This document shows, one piece after another, positions 27,252 to 36,864 of a DNA stretch of 64,000 nt. The notes beneath the pieces are model-generated. The model had not been told where the DNA came from. It worked only from the letters and a program-made list of their open reading frames with translations, and did no database searches. The position numbers were made by a program, and so were the translations under genes. Source of the DNA: Candidatus Scatosoma sp. (GTDB lineage Bacteria > Bacillota > Clostridia > Christensenellales > Borkfalkiaceae); assembly GCA_045533485.1 (NCBI GenBank), contig JAZSHX010000019.1, positions 8,300-72,299 on the forward strand, written 5' to 3'. Numbering within the stretch: the first letter of the stretch is position 1; each line of letters begins with the position of its first letter.

Positions 27252-27650
27252 TTATTCTGCTTTGGGTTCTTCCGCAGGCGTTTCTTCCACGGGAGCTTCG
27301 TCCTTCACAGTTTCCGTTGCAGGTGCTGCCACGGGCGCTACGGCATCCGTTTGATAAATCGCTTGTTTATCGAATTTAATATATGATTTACCGCTCTTTT
27401 CCGTACCCGTTTCGATAACGAACGTGTTGTCGTCTTCACAAACTTCTACGACTACGCCGCAAATACCGCCGATGGTTTTCACCTTATTGCCCGGTTTCAC
27501 TGCGTTGAGCGTTTTCATTTGTTCTTCTTGTCTTTTCTTTTGGGAACGACGGCTAAACACCATCATCGCTACCATAGCGGCAATCAACACCAACAAGAAA
27601 ATCCACGTACCGTTGTTTCCAGCTTCCGCGTCTAATAAATTGAACAACAT
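27252..27650 (-). CDS. yajC: preprotein translocase subunit YajC
   Basis: ORF 27252..27677. Single TM followed by RRSQKKRQEEQMKTLNAVKPGNKVKTIGGICGVVVEV, the YajC signature. Start moved to ATG 27650 (AAGGAG upstream). Acidic/Pro-rich C-terminal tail. Confidence 0.88.
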   Translation of the reverse strand: MLFNLLDAEAGNNGTWIFLLVLIAAMVAMMVFSRRSQKKRQEEQMKTLNAVKPGNKVKTIGGICGVVVEVCEDDNTFVIETGTEKSGKSYIKFDKQAIYQTDAVAPVAAPATETVKDEAPVEETPAEEPKAE

Positions 27651-27712
27651 ATCTCTTTCTCCTTCACTTTCGCGCAAAGCGTCTTTCGCGCGCTTATTTC
27701 ATAGATATTACC

Positions 27713-27741
27713 ATCATACCTTTTTTTTACACTTTTTGCAA
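27713..27741 (-). promoter_or_regulatory. sigma-A type promoter for yajC (TTGCAA-17-TATGAT)
   Basis: Minus-strand TTGCAA (27736..27741), 17-nt spacer, TATGAT (27713..27718). Confidence 0.45.
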
Positions 27742-27779
27742 GCGATTTAATCACATTTCACGTATTTTTCATTGAAATT

Positions 27780-29381
27780 TTAGTTTAAACCTTCAAAAAT
27801 TTCCACGCCGCGTTTTTTCAGCCACAGCCAAAGCACTACGCTCGCCGCCGCCATTGCAAAAATAGCAAACGCCAAATACACCATAACAGGCGCGGTTGTA
27901 AACAATTTACCAAAAAGGAAATTACCGCCCAAAACAAGCCCTGCAATCCCCCAGCCGACAAACATAGACACCAGCACGGATAAGCTTTGTTTTACCGCGA
28001 CTATCTCACTCGTCCATTTTAAGTTAGGTAATTTTAAATTGATGGCAAGTCCCGAAAGCGCCGTTAAAAGCGTTACTGCGGAAAGCGCAAGCACCGCCAT
28101 CAGCGTGGCAAAAACACCCAGATGGAAAATGATACCCACCGCAATCATACTCACCCAAAGCGGAATTGCCGTAACGGCGCAATGCAACGCGATTTTCGCC
28201 AAAAATACCGTCGTTGTGCTCACGGGCATAGAGCGAAGCACCCACAAGCTTTCCCCTTCTAAGGAAACGGACGACGCCGTGATTACGTTGGTGGTGGCGA
28301 TAAAGCACGCAACCAGCGTGATAATGGCGGCGATTACCTGTTTGTCGCCGCTCCACGCGTTAATGCTTGCGCGCATATTGCCGTCAATCAACATATACCC
28401 CACGAAAACGAGCGCGATCACACCGCCCAAACCACAGTTGAAAAATATCATAGCGTTGCCGAAAAAGCGCTTGCTTTCCTTGATAAACAGCGCAAAAAAT
28501 TGCGAACGGACTTTTGCGGTTTTTTCTTTGTACTTCGCGCGCAAATCGCCGCGTTTCATGGTCGCAAGCGGAATGAACGTAGCCGAAACCAACAAATATC
28601 CCAACGCGAAAAGTCCCAAGAAAATAGCCGTGAACACGACCATGGGTACCCATTCGCCCATTGCGGCAAGCCCTAATTGCCAAAACGGATACAACGCCAC
28701 TTTCAGCGTTTGCCCGATTTGTTCGCCGTGTACAAGCACGTAATTTAACCCGTCCTGCAACTTGGAAAAGCCGACAGAATAGGCGATCATAAACGCGAAT
28801 AAACCGATAATCGTCACTAAATTTTTCGCAGGCAAACGCACGGTAATCAGCGCCAACAACCAACCGATTAAACAGCCCAGCGCAAGCGTACCAAACGGCA
28901 TCACCAGCAATACAAGCAAACAACCGACTATCGCCGAAAAGGTTACGCCCACTACGGTAAAATAGCATATCATTGCAGGGATACACGTCATCGTAATCAA
29001 AAGCAATGCAAGCAAATATTGCCCGATCATACGGGTGAGCAATATCATCCACGACGGAATGGGCATCGAGAATAATAATTCGTTATCCTTTGCGTCGTAT
29101 ACCTGCGATTTCACCATAAAGATAACCAGCACACTGCTTATGGAAAAGCCCATGGAGGTGAGTAAGGCAAAATACACCCAGCCCAACCCCGCCAGCACCA
29201 GCGGTTCGCACATGGAATTACTCAAATCCCAAAATAAATACACTACCGCGCCTACGGCATAGACAATCAACGCGCCGATTAAAACAGCCATCCACGGTTT
29301 ACGCTTTTCCGCCTTTTTCCCTTCAAAGGAAAAGGTAGAAAACATTTGTAAAAACTGCTTTTTAATAAGCGCCTTAAACAT
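27780..29381 (-). CDS. polytopic ABC exporter permease (putative ABC-2/ABC_export type)
   Basis: 533 aa, hydrophobic throughout with many predicted helices and no ATPase motifs. 8-nt overlap with the upstream ATPase gene. Confidence 0.75.
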   Translation of the reverse strand: MFKALIKKQFLQMFSTFSFEGKKAEKRKPWMAVLIGALIVYAVGAVVYLFWDLSNSMCEPLVLAGLGWVYFALLTSMGFSISSVLVIFMVKSQVYDAKDNELLFSMPIPSWMILLTRMIGQYLLALLLITMTCIPAMICYFTVVGVTFSAIVGCLLVLLVMPFGTLALGCLIGWLLALITVRLPAKNLVTIIGLFAFMIAYSVGFSKLQDGLNYVLVHGEQIGQTLKVALYPFWQLGLAAMGEWVPMVVFTAIFLGLFALGYLLVSATFIPLATMKRGDLRAKYKEKTAKVRSQFFALFIKESKRFFGNAMIFFNCGLGGVIALVFVGYMLIDGNMRASINAWSGDKQVIAAIITLVACFIATTNVITASSVSLEGESLWVLRSMPVSTTTVFLAKIALHCAVTAIPLWVSMIAVGIIFHLGVFATLMAVLALSAVTLLTALSGLAINLKLPNLKWTSEIVAVKQSLSVLVSMFVGWGIAGLVLGGNFLFGKLFTTAPVMVYLAFAIFAMAAASVVLWLWLKKRGVEIFEGLN

Positions 29382-30099
29382 GTTCGCCCCCTGCCTTTTC
29401 CGCTATTTCCAAAAATACGTTTTCTAAGCTGGTATCCCCTTTCACTTCGTCCATGGTACCTGCTTTTATCAATTTACCGCCCTTGATAATCGCCACTTTA
29501 TCACACAGCTTTTCCGCCACTTCCAACACGTGCGTGGAGAAGAAAATGGCGCATCCGTTGTCGCAAAGCTCACGCATTACACCCTTCACTGCGTGCGCCG
29601 CTTTGGGATCAAGCCCCACGAACGGTTCGTCCATCACGATTAATTTCGGGCTGTGCACAAGCGCCGCGATAATGGCAAGCTTTTGCTTCATACCGTGCGA
29701 ATAGGAAGAAACTTTTTGCGCCAAATCGTTCGTCAATTCAAACAAATCGCCGTATTTTTTAATGATGGCTTGACGGGTATCTGCAGGCACTTTGTAAATA
29801 TCCGCCACGAAATTGAGATAGCCGATACCCGACATAAAGCCGTACAAATCGGGGTTATCGGGAATGTACGCAATTTGCTTTTTACAAGCGAGCGCGTCCT
29901 TTTTCACGGACACGCCGTCCACGTAAATTTCCCCTTCTTCAAAGCCCAAAATACCACAAACAGCTTTTATCGTCGTGGTTTTCCCCGCGCCGTTGTGGCC
30001 GATAAATCCGTAAATTTCCCCTTTTTGAATATGCAAACTTACGTTGTCTACCGCCTTTTTATCGCCGTAGGATTTGCTCAAATTTTCAATTCTTAACAT
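29374..30099 (-). CDS. ABC transporter ATP-binding protein
   Basis: 241 aa. Walker A GHNGAGKTT, signature-like YSHGMKQKL, Walker B LIVMDEP. Confidence 0.93.
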   Translation of the reverse strand: MLRIENLSKSYGDKKAVDNVSLHIQKGEIYGFIGHNGAGKTTTIKAVCGILGFEEGEIYVDGVSVKKDALACKKQIAYIPDNPDLYGFMSGIGYLNFVADIYKVPADTRQAIIKKYGDLFELTNDLAQKVSSYSHGMKQKLAIIAALVHSPKLIVMDEPFVGLDPKAAHAVKGVMRELCDNGCAIFFSTHVLEVAEKLCDKVAIIKGGKLIKAGTMDEVKGDTSLENVFLEIAEKAGGEHV

Positions 30100-30133
30100 A
30101 ATTCCGCTCCATAGTTATATATTTGATATTAAA

Positions 30134-30162
30134 ATGATATCACTTTTTATAAATATTGTCAA
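30134..30162 (-). promoter_or_regulatory. sigma-A type promoter for the ABC ATPase/permease pair (TTGACA-17-TATCAT)
   Basis: Minus-strand TTGACA (30157..30162), 17-nt spacer, TATCAT (30134..30139). Confidence 0.5.
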
Positions 30163-30187
30163 GTATTTTTTACAAAAAAAATTAAGA

Positions 30188-30219
30188 AATTAAAAAGCAG
30201 GCAAAAATCACCTGCTTTC
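30188..30219 (-). terminator. terminator of tgt
   Basis: Minus strand AAAGCAGG / CCTGCTTT stem running into TTTTTAATTT. Confidence 0.6.
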
Positions 30220-30230
30220 GTGTATCTATT

Positions 30231-31430
<1,200 letters not shown>

Positions 31431-31501
31431 TCAATTTTACTGCGCATTTATTTGACACTTGTGCGTAAAAAGCGGTATAATGTTGGTTGGAGAGTAAAAT
31501 T

Positions 31502-32263
31502 ATGTTATTTAATTATCACACGCACACAAAACGCTGTAATCACGCGCAGGGCGAAGAAAGAGAATACGTAGAACACGCCGTCAAAAGCGGTTTGAAAACG
31601 CTGGGTTTTTCCGACCACGCGCCCTACGTATTTCCCGACACCGATTATCAATCGTCGTTCCGTATGAAACAGGACGAACTGTTTGCGTATGCGGAAACGG
31701 TGCGCGCACTTGCTAAGGAATATCAAAAGGACATCCGTATTCTTTGCGGTTTTGAGCTGGAATATTATCCCGATTTCCACAAGCAAGAAATGGCGTTTTT
31801 GTCGCAAATAAAGCCCGATTATTTGTTGCTTGGTCAGCATTTCGTCGGCAACGAATTTTCTAAATTGAATTCGACGGGCATTACAACGGACGATTTTGCG
31901 CTCACCTTGTACGTAACGCAGGTGCTTGCAGGGCTTGCCACGGGCAACTTTTTGTATTTGGCGCACCCCGATATTGCCGGCGTTTCCTGCTCCCCCGAAG
32001 TGGTAGACAGAGAATACCGCCGTTTGTGCGAAGGCGCAAAGCGTATGGGCATCCCCGTGGAAATCAACTTTTTGGGAATACGCGATAAGCGCCGTTATCC
32101 CAGCGAAAGGTTTTTTCAAATTGCAGGCGAAGTGGGCACGAGCGTGATTTTCGGCTCGGACGCGCACGAACCGTGGGTAGTAAACGATACGGAAAGCGAA
32201 AAAATCGCTTGGGACATGGCGAAACGCTTGGGCTTAAAGGTAATAGATAAACCGATATTGTAA
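31502..32263 (+). CDS. PHP-domain histidinol-phosphatase family protein (HisJ-like)
   Basis: ORF 31487..32263. MLFNYHTHTKRCNHA and GFSDHAP motifs. Start at ATG 31502. Confidence 0.85.
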   Translation: MLFNYHTHTKRCNHAQGEEREYVEHAVKSGLKTLGFSDHAPYVFPDTDYQSSFRMKQDELFAYAETVRALAKEYQKDIRILCGFELEYYPDFHKQEMAFLSQIKPDYLLLGQHFVGNEFSKLNSTGITTDDFALTLYVTQVLAGLATGNFLYLAHPDIAGVSCSPEVVDREYRRLCEGAKRMGIPVEINFLGIRDKRRYPSERFFQIAGEVGTSVIFGSDAHEPWVVNDTESEKIAWDMAKRLGLKVIDKPIL

Positions 32264-32277
32264 AGATATTGTATAGA

Positions 32278-32312
32278 TAAAAACTCCGTTGTTCACAACG
32301 GAGTTTTTTGTT
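32278..32312. terminator. bidirectional terminator between the convergent HisJ-like and ABC exporter genes
   Basis: CTCCGTTG / CAACGGAG stem flanked by an A-run upstream and TTTTTT downstream. Confidence 0.75.
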
Positions 32313-32332
32313 TGATGAAGTTGTTTTCATAT

Positions 32333-32475
32333 AACGTCAAAACGGGTAGATGCAAGCAAGACAAGGCAACCGCGGATTTCCCGACGGGAGTTTACTTGGG
32401 CGTAAACGAGCAAGAGGAAACGTAAGGTTAACGAAGTATTGCGAAGCATATACGCGTTTCGTTTGTAAAAAGCAG
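32333..32475. repeat. family R structured repeat, best-preserved copy
   Basis: Aligns along its length with 17672..17797 and partly with 17555..17658 and 49190..49322. Lies between the ABC gene stop (32476) and the terminator. Confidence 0.8.
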
Positions 32476-34464
32476 TTACTCTAACTCAAACGCGCCCGTG
32501 TAGAGTTGATAATACGTGCCTTTTTGTTGAATAAGCTGTTCGTGCGTGCCGCGTTCGATAATTTCGCCGTGATCCAGCACCATGATGGCATCCGAGTTAC
32601 GCACGGTCGAAAGACGGTGCGCGATAACGAATACCGTTCTGCCGTGCATAAGTTTATCCAAACCGTCCTGTACCAGCGCTTCCGTACGCGTATCGATAGA
32701 CGAAGTAGCTTCGTCCAAAATCATTACGGGGGGATCGGCAACCGCCGCGCGTGCAATAGACAAAAGCTGTCTTTGTCCTTGCGAAAGGTTTGCGCCGTTG
32801 TTGGTAAGCTGCGTTTGATACCCTTCGGGCAAACGGCAAATAAAATCGTCCGCGTTGGCAAGCTTCGCCGCCGCAATACACTCTTCGTCCGTTGCGTTCA
32901 ATTTCCCGTAGCGGATATTATCCATAACCGTGCCCGTAAACAGGTTTACATACTGCAAAACGATACCCAAGGAACGGCGCAAATCGGCTTTACGGATTTT
33001 CGTGATATTGATACCGTCGTAGCGAATTTTCCCGTCCGCAATATCGTAGAAACGGTTGATAAGGTTGGTAATCGTCGTTTTGCCTGCGCCCGTCGCGCCC
33101 ACAAACGCGATTTTTTGCCCGGGCTTTGCATACAGAGAAACGTCTTTCAGCACCTGCTTTTCGGGCGTGTACCCAAAGTCTACGTTTTCCATCACGATAT
33201 CGCCTTGCAGCTTGGTATACGTCGTCGTGCCGTCGTCTTTATGGTAATGCTTCCACGCCCAAACGCCCGTGTGCTTATCCGTTTCCGTCACATTGCCCTG
33301 TTCGTCTTCTTTGGCGTCCACAAGCACTACGTACCCGTCGTCTTGTTCGGGCTGTTCGTCCATCAGCGTGAATACACGGCTTGCGCCTGCCAAGCCCATC
33401 GCAATCATAGACACTTGTTGCGACATTTGGTTGATAGACATCGTGAAGTTTTTACTCATACTCAAAAAGGCGATCAAGATACCCACGCCAAGGGGCGCAA
33501 TGCCGTGGAAAATACTGCTAAACCCGATATTCGGTACAGCCGTTGCCAGCATAATACCGCCGACTATCGTCAAAAGCACGTAATTGAAATTGCCCACGTT
33601 GTTCAAGATAGGGCCTAAAATATTGCCGTAGGTGTTGGCCTTCACGCTGTCGCTGTTGAGCTGGTCGTTGTGTTTGTCGAAATCTATTTTGGCTTGTTCT
33701 TCGTGCGTGAATACCTTCACCACCTTTTGCCCTTTCATCATTTCTTCCACAAAACCTTCCGTTTTTGCAAGCGAACGCTGGCGCGACACCATATATTTGG
33801 CGCTGTTGCCGCCGATACGCTTAATCAAGAAGGTCATAAGGAAGGTCGCCGCCGCCACGATCAGCCCCAGCCAAATGCTGTACCAAATCATAAGCGCCAC
33901 GGAGAATACCAAGCGCAAAGAGTTTGTGATAAGCGCAGGGATAGATTGCCCGATAAGCTGACGCGTTGCGTCCGTATCGTTGGTGTAGGTACTCATAATT
34001 TCCCCGTGCGCGTGCGTATCGAAATACTTGATAGGCAGCGCTTGCATTTTTGCAAACATTTCCGCGCGCAGCTTATACAGCATACCCTGCGTAATGCCTG
34101 CCATAATGCGGTGATAGAAAAAGCTAACGATTACGACCAACCCGTACATGCTTGCCATGAGCGCAATCGCGGTGAACAGTTCTTTCTTTACCGCCGCGTA
34201 GCCGTTTGCCACGCCCTTGGGTATAATATCGTCAATCAGCGTTTGTAAAAACACCGTGCTGACCAAGGAGCTTAACGAATCGATAACGATACACGCAAGC
34301 ACCAACGTAAGCCGCCATTTGTATTGACCAAACAGCATTTTCAATAAACGCTTAAACGTACCTTTTTTGATTGCGCCTTTGGGCATTTTCGGCATGCCCC
34401 TACCGCCGCCGCGCATGGGCGGCATAGGACGCGATTGTTCGTGTTTTTGTTGCGCTTCCGCCAT
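32476..34464 (-). CDS. ABC exporter, fused permease/ATPase (type B, multidrug-like), subunit 2
   Basis: 662 aa. N-terminal 6-TM exporter domain. Walker A GATGAGKTT, signature LSQGQRQLL, Walker B ILDEATSSID. Confidence 0.92.
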   Translation of the reverse strand: MAEAQQKHEQSRPMPPMRGGGRGMPKMPKGAIKKGTFKRLLKMLFGQYKWRLTLVLACIVIDSLSSLVSTVFLQTLIDDIIPKGVANGYAAVKKELFTAIALMASMYGLVVIVSFFYHRIMAGITQGMLYKLRAEMFAKMQALPIKYFDTHAHGEIMSTYTNDTDATRQLIGQSIPALITNSLRLVFSVALMIWYSIWLGLIVAAATFLMTFLIKRIGGNSAKYMVSRQRSLAKTEGFVEEMMKGQKVVKVFTHEEQAKIDFDKHNDQLNSDSVKANTYGNILGPILNNVGNFNYVLLTIVGGIMLATAVPNIGFSSIFHGIAPLGVGILIAFLSMSKNFTMSINQMSQQVSMIAMGLAGASRVFTLMDEQPEQDDGYVVLVDAKEDEQGNVTETDKHTGVWAWKHYHKDDGTTTYTKLQGDIVMENVDFGYTPEKQVLKDVSLYAKPGQKIAFVGATGAGKTTITNLINRFYDIADGKIRYDGINITKIRKADLRRSLGIVLQYVNLFTGTVMDNIRYGKLNATDEECIAAAKLANADDFICRLPEGYQTQLTNNGANLSQGQRQLLSIARAAVADPPVMILDEATSSIDTRTEALVQDGLDKLMHGRTVFVIAHRLSTVRNSDAIMVLDHGEIIERGTHEQLIQQKGTYYQLYTGAFELE

Positions 34465-36236
34465 TATTCGTCACCCCCTTCCGTTTGTCTGCTTTTCGTT
34501 TGCGCTTCGTAAATTTCACGGTAAACGTCGCTGGTTTGCATCAACTCTTCGTGCGTGCCTTTCGCGATAATTTGACCGCCGTCCAAAACGATAATACAAT
34601 CGGCGTGTTCCACCGACGCCACGCGTTGCGCAATGATAATTTTCGTCGTATCGGGGATTTCTTTGGTGAACGCGTTTCTAATCAACGCGTCCGTTTTCAT
34701 ATCCACCGCCGACGTAGAGTCGTCCAAAATGAGCACTTTGGGCTTTCTCAATAAAGCACGCGCGATACAAAGCCGTTGCTTTTGACCGCCCGAAACGTTA
34801 GAACCGCCCTGTTCGATATAGGTATCGTACCCGTCGGGGAACGCGCGGATAAATTCGTCCGCCTGTGCAAGCTGGCACGCACGCACGATTTCTTCGTCCG
34901 TAGCGTTTTCATCGCCCCAACGCAAGTTCTCTTTGATCGTGCCTGCGAACAATACGTTCTTTTGCAGAACGACCGCCACTTCCTTTCTAAGTACGTCCAG
35001 CTTATAATCCTTTACGTTAACGCCGCCCACGTACACGTTGCCTTCCGTAGCGTCGTACAAACGGGAAATGAGCTGGATAAGCGTCGTTTTCGACGAGCCC
35101 GTACCGCCTAAAATACCGACGGTCGCGCCCGACGGAATATCTAAATTGATAGTAGACAGCGCCCATTTATTTGCCGTTTGCGAATACTTAAACCCAACGT
35201 TTTCAAAACGCACGCTGCCGTCCTGCACGTTATCAACGCCGTTTTCCTTTTCCACGATATCACTGTCTTCGTTGAGCACTTCCGCGATACGGCGCATGGA
35301 CTCAAACGACATCGTGAGCATAACGAAAATCATGGAGAACATCATGCACGCCGACAAAATTTGTATGCCGTAAGTGATTACCGCCGAAAGTTCGGTGGGC
35401 ATAAAATCGCCGCTAACCGTACCCGAACCGATGATGGTCTTTGCACCAAGATAGGAAATGAGCACCGCAGCAAAGTTGATAAAGAACACCATAATCGGGT
35501 TATTGAGCGCAAGGATTTTTTCCGCTTTCGTGAAATCGTTGCGTACCTGCCCTGCCGCTTTTTCAAATTTTTCCACTTCGTAGTCTTCACGCACAAACGC
35601 CTTGACTACGCGTACGCCGCCCACGTTTTCCTGCACGGAATTGTTCAGCGCGTCGTACTTTTTGAAAATGCGCTTGAAAAGCGGCATAACGATACGCGCG
35701 ATACCGAAAATCGCACAAGCCAAAACGGGCACGATCACCACGAAAATCCACGCAAGCTTTGCGTTGATGGTAAAGCTCATAATGATGGCGAACAAAAATT
35801 GCAAGGGCACGCGAATGGCGATACGCAAGCTCATTTGATAGGATTGCTGTACGTTGGTCACGTCCGTCGTCAAACGGGTTACCAGCGACGACGTGGAAAA
35901 TTTATCCACGTTGGCAAAAGAGAATTTTTGCACTTTATAGAACAAATCGTGGCGCAGGTTGGTGGCAAACCCACAGCTTGCCTGCGCGGCAAACTTACCT
36001 GCAAACGCCCCCGACAGCATCGACATCGCCGCTAAAACGATAAGCGCCGCGCCATAAGTTAAGATATGCGCCAACGCTCCGTCGCCCAACAGCTTACTTT
36101 CATTGATCATTTGCGCCATCAAAAAGGGAATTAAGCATTCGCAAAATGCTTCTATCGCCATAAAGCAGGGCGTTATCAAGGACGGCTTTTTATATTGCCG
36201 CACGCTTCCCAAAAGCGTTTTAATCGTTTTAATCAT
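34464..36236 (-). CDS. ABC exporter, fused permease/ATPase (type B, multidrug-like), subunit 1
   Basis: 590 aa. 6-TM domain. Walker A GGTGSSKTT, signature VSGGQKQRL, Walker B LILDDSTSAVD. 1-nt overlap with the downstream partner suggests a heterodimer. Confidence 0.92.
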   Translation of the reverse strand: MIKTIKTLLGSVRQYKKPSLITPCFMAIEAFCECLIPFLMAQMINESKLLGDGALAHILTYGAALIVLAAMSMLSGAFAGKFAAQASCGFATNLRHDLFYKVQKFSFANVDKFSTSSLVTRLTTDVTNVQQSYQMSLRIAIRVPLQFLFAIIMSFTINAKLAWIFVVIVPVLACAIFGIARIVMPLFKRIFKKYDALNNSVQENVGGVRVVKAFVREDYEVEKFEKAAGQVRNDFTKAEKILALNNPIMVFFINFAAVLISYLGAKTIIGSGTVSGDFMPTELSAVITYGIQILSACMMFSMIFVMLTMSFESMRRIAEVLNEDSDIVEKENGVDNVQDGSVRFENVGFKYSQTANKWALSTINLDIPSGATVGILGGTGSSKTTLIQLISRLYDATEGNVYVGGVNVKDYKLDVLRKEVAVVLQKNVLFAGTIKENLRWGDENATDEEIVRACQLAQADEFIRAFPDGYDTYIEQGGSNVSGGQKQRLCIARALLRKPKVLILDDSTSAVDMKTDALIRNAFTKEIPDTTKIIIAQRVASVEHADCIIVLDGGQIIAKGTHEELMQTSDVYREIYEAQTKSRQTEGGDE

Positions 36237-36711
36237 GTTTGCTTTCTCCTTTCTTGTTTTTTACGCAACATTTACACGGCTCTTCCTTGCCGTCCGTCAC
36301 GTTTTCGTATACGCGCTGTAAAAACCCGAAAAGCATCGCGCGCTCTTCTTCGCTAAACCCTTTCAAAAGCAGGTCTTCCATCTCCTTGCGGTGGGCGCGC
36401 ATCGCACGGAAATTGCTCCACTCCTTTTCCGTGAGCTTGACAACCTTTGCACGTCTGTCGGCAGTGCTTTGCTCTATTTCCACAAGCCCTTTTTCCTGCA
36501 AACGGGAAACCAGCCCGAACACCGTTGCGTGCGTGCAATCCAAAAACTTTTCGATATCGCGCATCGTCACTTCTTTGTCTTCGCATTTGTGCAAATACCA
36601 CAAAACCTTGCCCTGCGAAAAGGTAAATTCACGCTTACGCGCGCTTTCGTTGGCGCGTTTTTCCAGCTTTTCGCTTATCTTCTTTAAGTACATGCCTACG
36701 TGTTCACTCAT
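36229..36711 (-). CDS. MarR family transcriptional regulator
   Basis: 160 aa. Winged-helix region FTFSQGKVLWYL...MRDIEKFLDCTHATVFGLVSRLQEKGLV..DRR. First gene of the marR-ABC-ABC operon, with an 8-nt overlap. Confidence 0.9.
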   Translation of the reverse strand: MSEHVGMYLKKISEKLEKRANESARKREFTFSQGKVLWYLHKCEDKEVTMRDIEKFLDCTHATVFGLVSRLQEKGLVEIEQSTADRRAKVVKLTEKEWSNFRAMRAHRKEMEDLLLKGFSEEERAMLFGFLQRVYENVTDGKEEPCKCCVKNKKGESKHD

Positions 36712-36737
36712 ATTTTTCTCCTTTTATACACTCTTTT

Positions 36738-36766
36738 ATTATATGTAGCATGCTACAAAATGTCAA
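36738..36766 (-). promoter_or_regulatory. marR operon promoter (TTGACA-17-TATAAT) with a perfect 14-bp palindrome TGTAGCATGCTACA in the spacer (candidate MarR operator)
   Basis: -35 at 36761..36766 and -10 at 36738..36743. The palindrome at 36744..36757 fills the spacer. Confidence 0.6.
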
Positions 36767-36806
36767 CCGTTTGCACGGGAATATATACAACTTTTCACAA
36801 AATTTT

Positions 36807-36844
36807 CATAAAGAAAACGGACTGCCTTTTTACGGGCAATCCGC
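36807..36844 (-). terminator. terminator of LRR lipoprotein A
   Basis: Minus strand GCGGATTGCC / GGCAGTCCGT stem (with G-U pairs) followed by TTTTCTTTAT. Confidence 0.7.
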
Positions 36845-36864
36845 TTTTTAATGTATTCGTTTCT

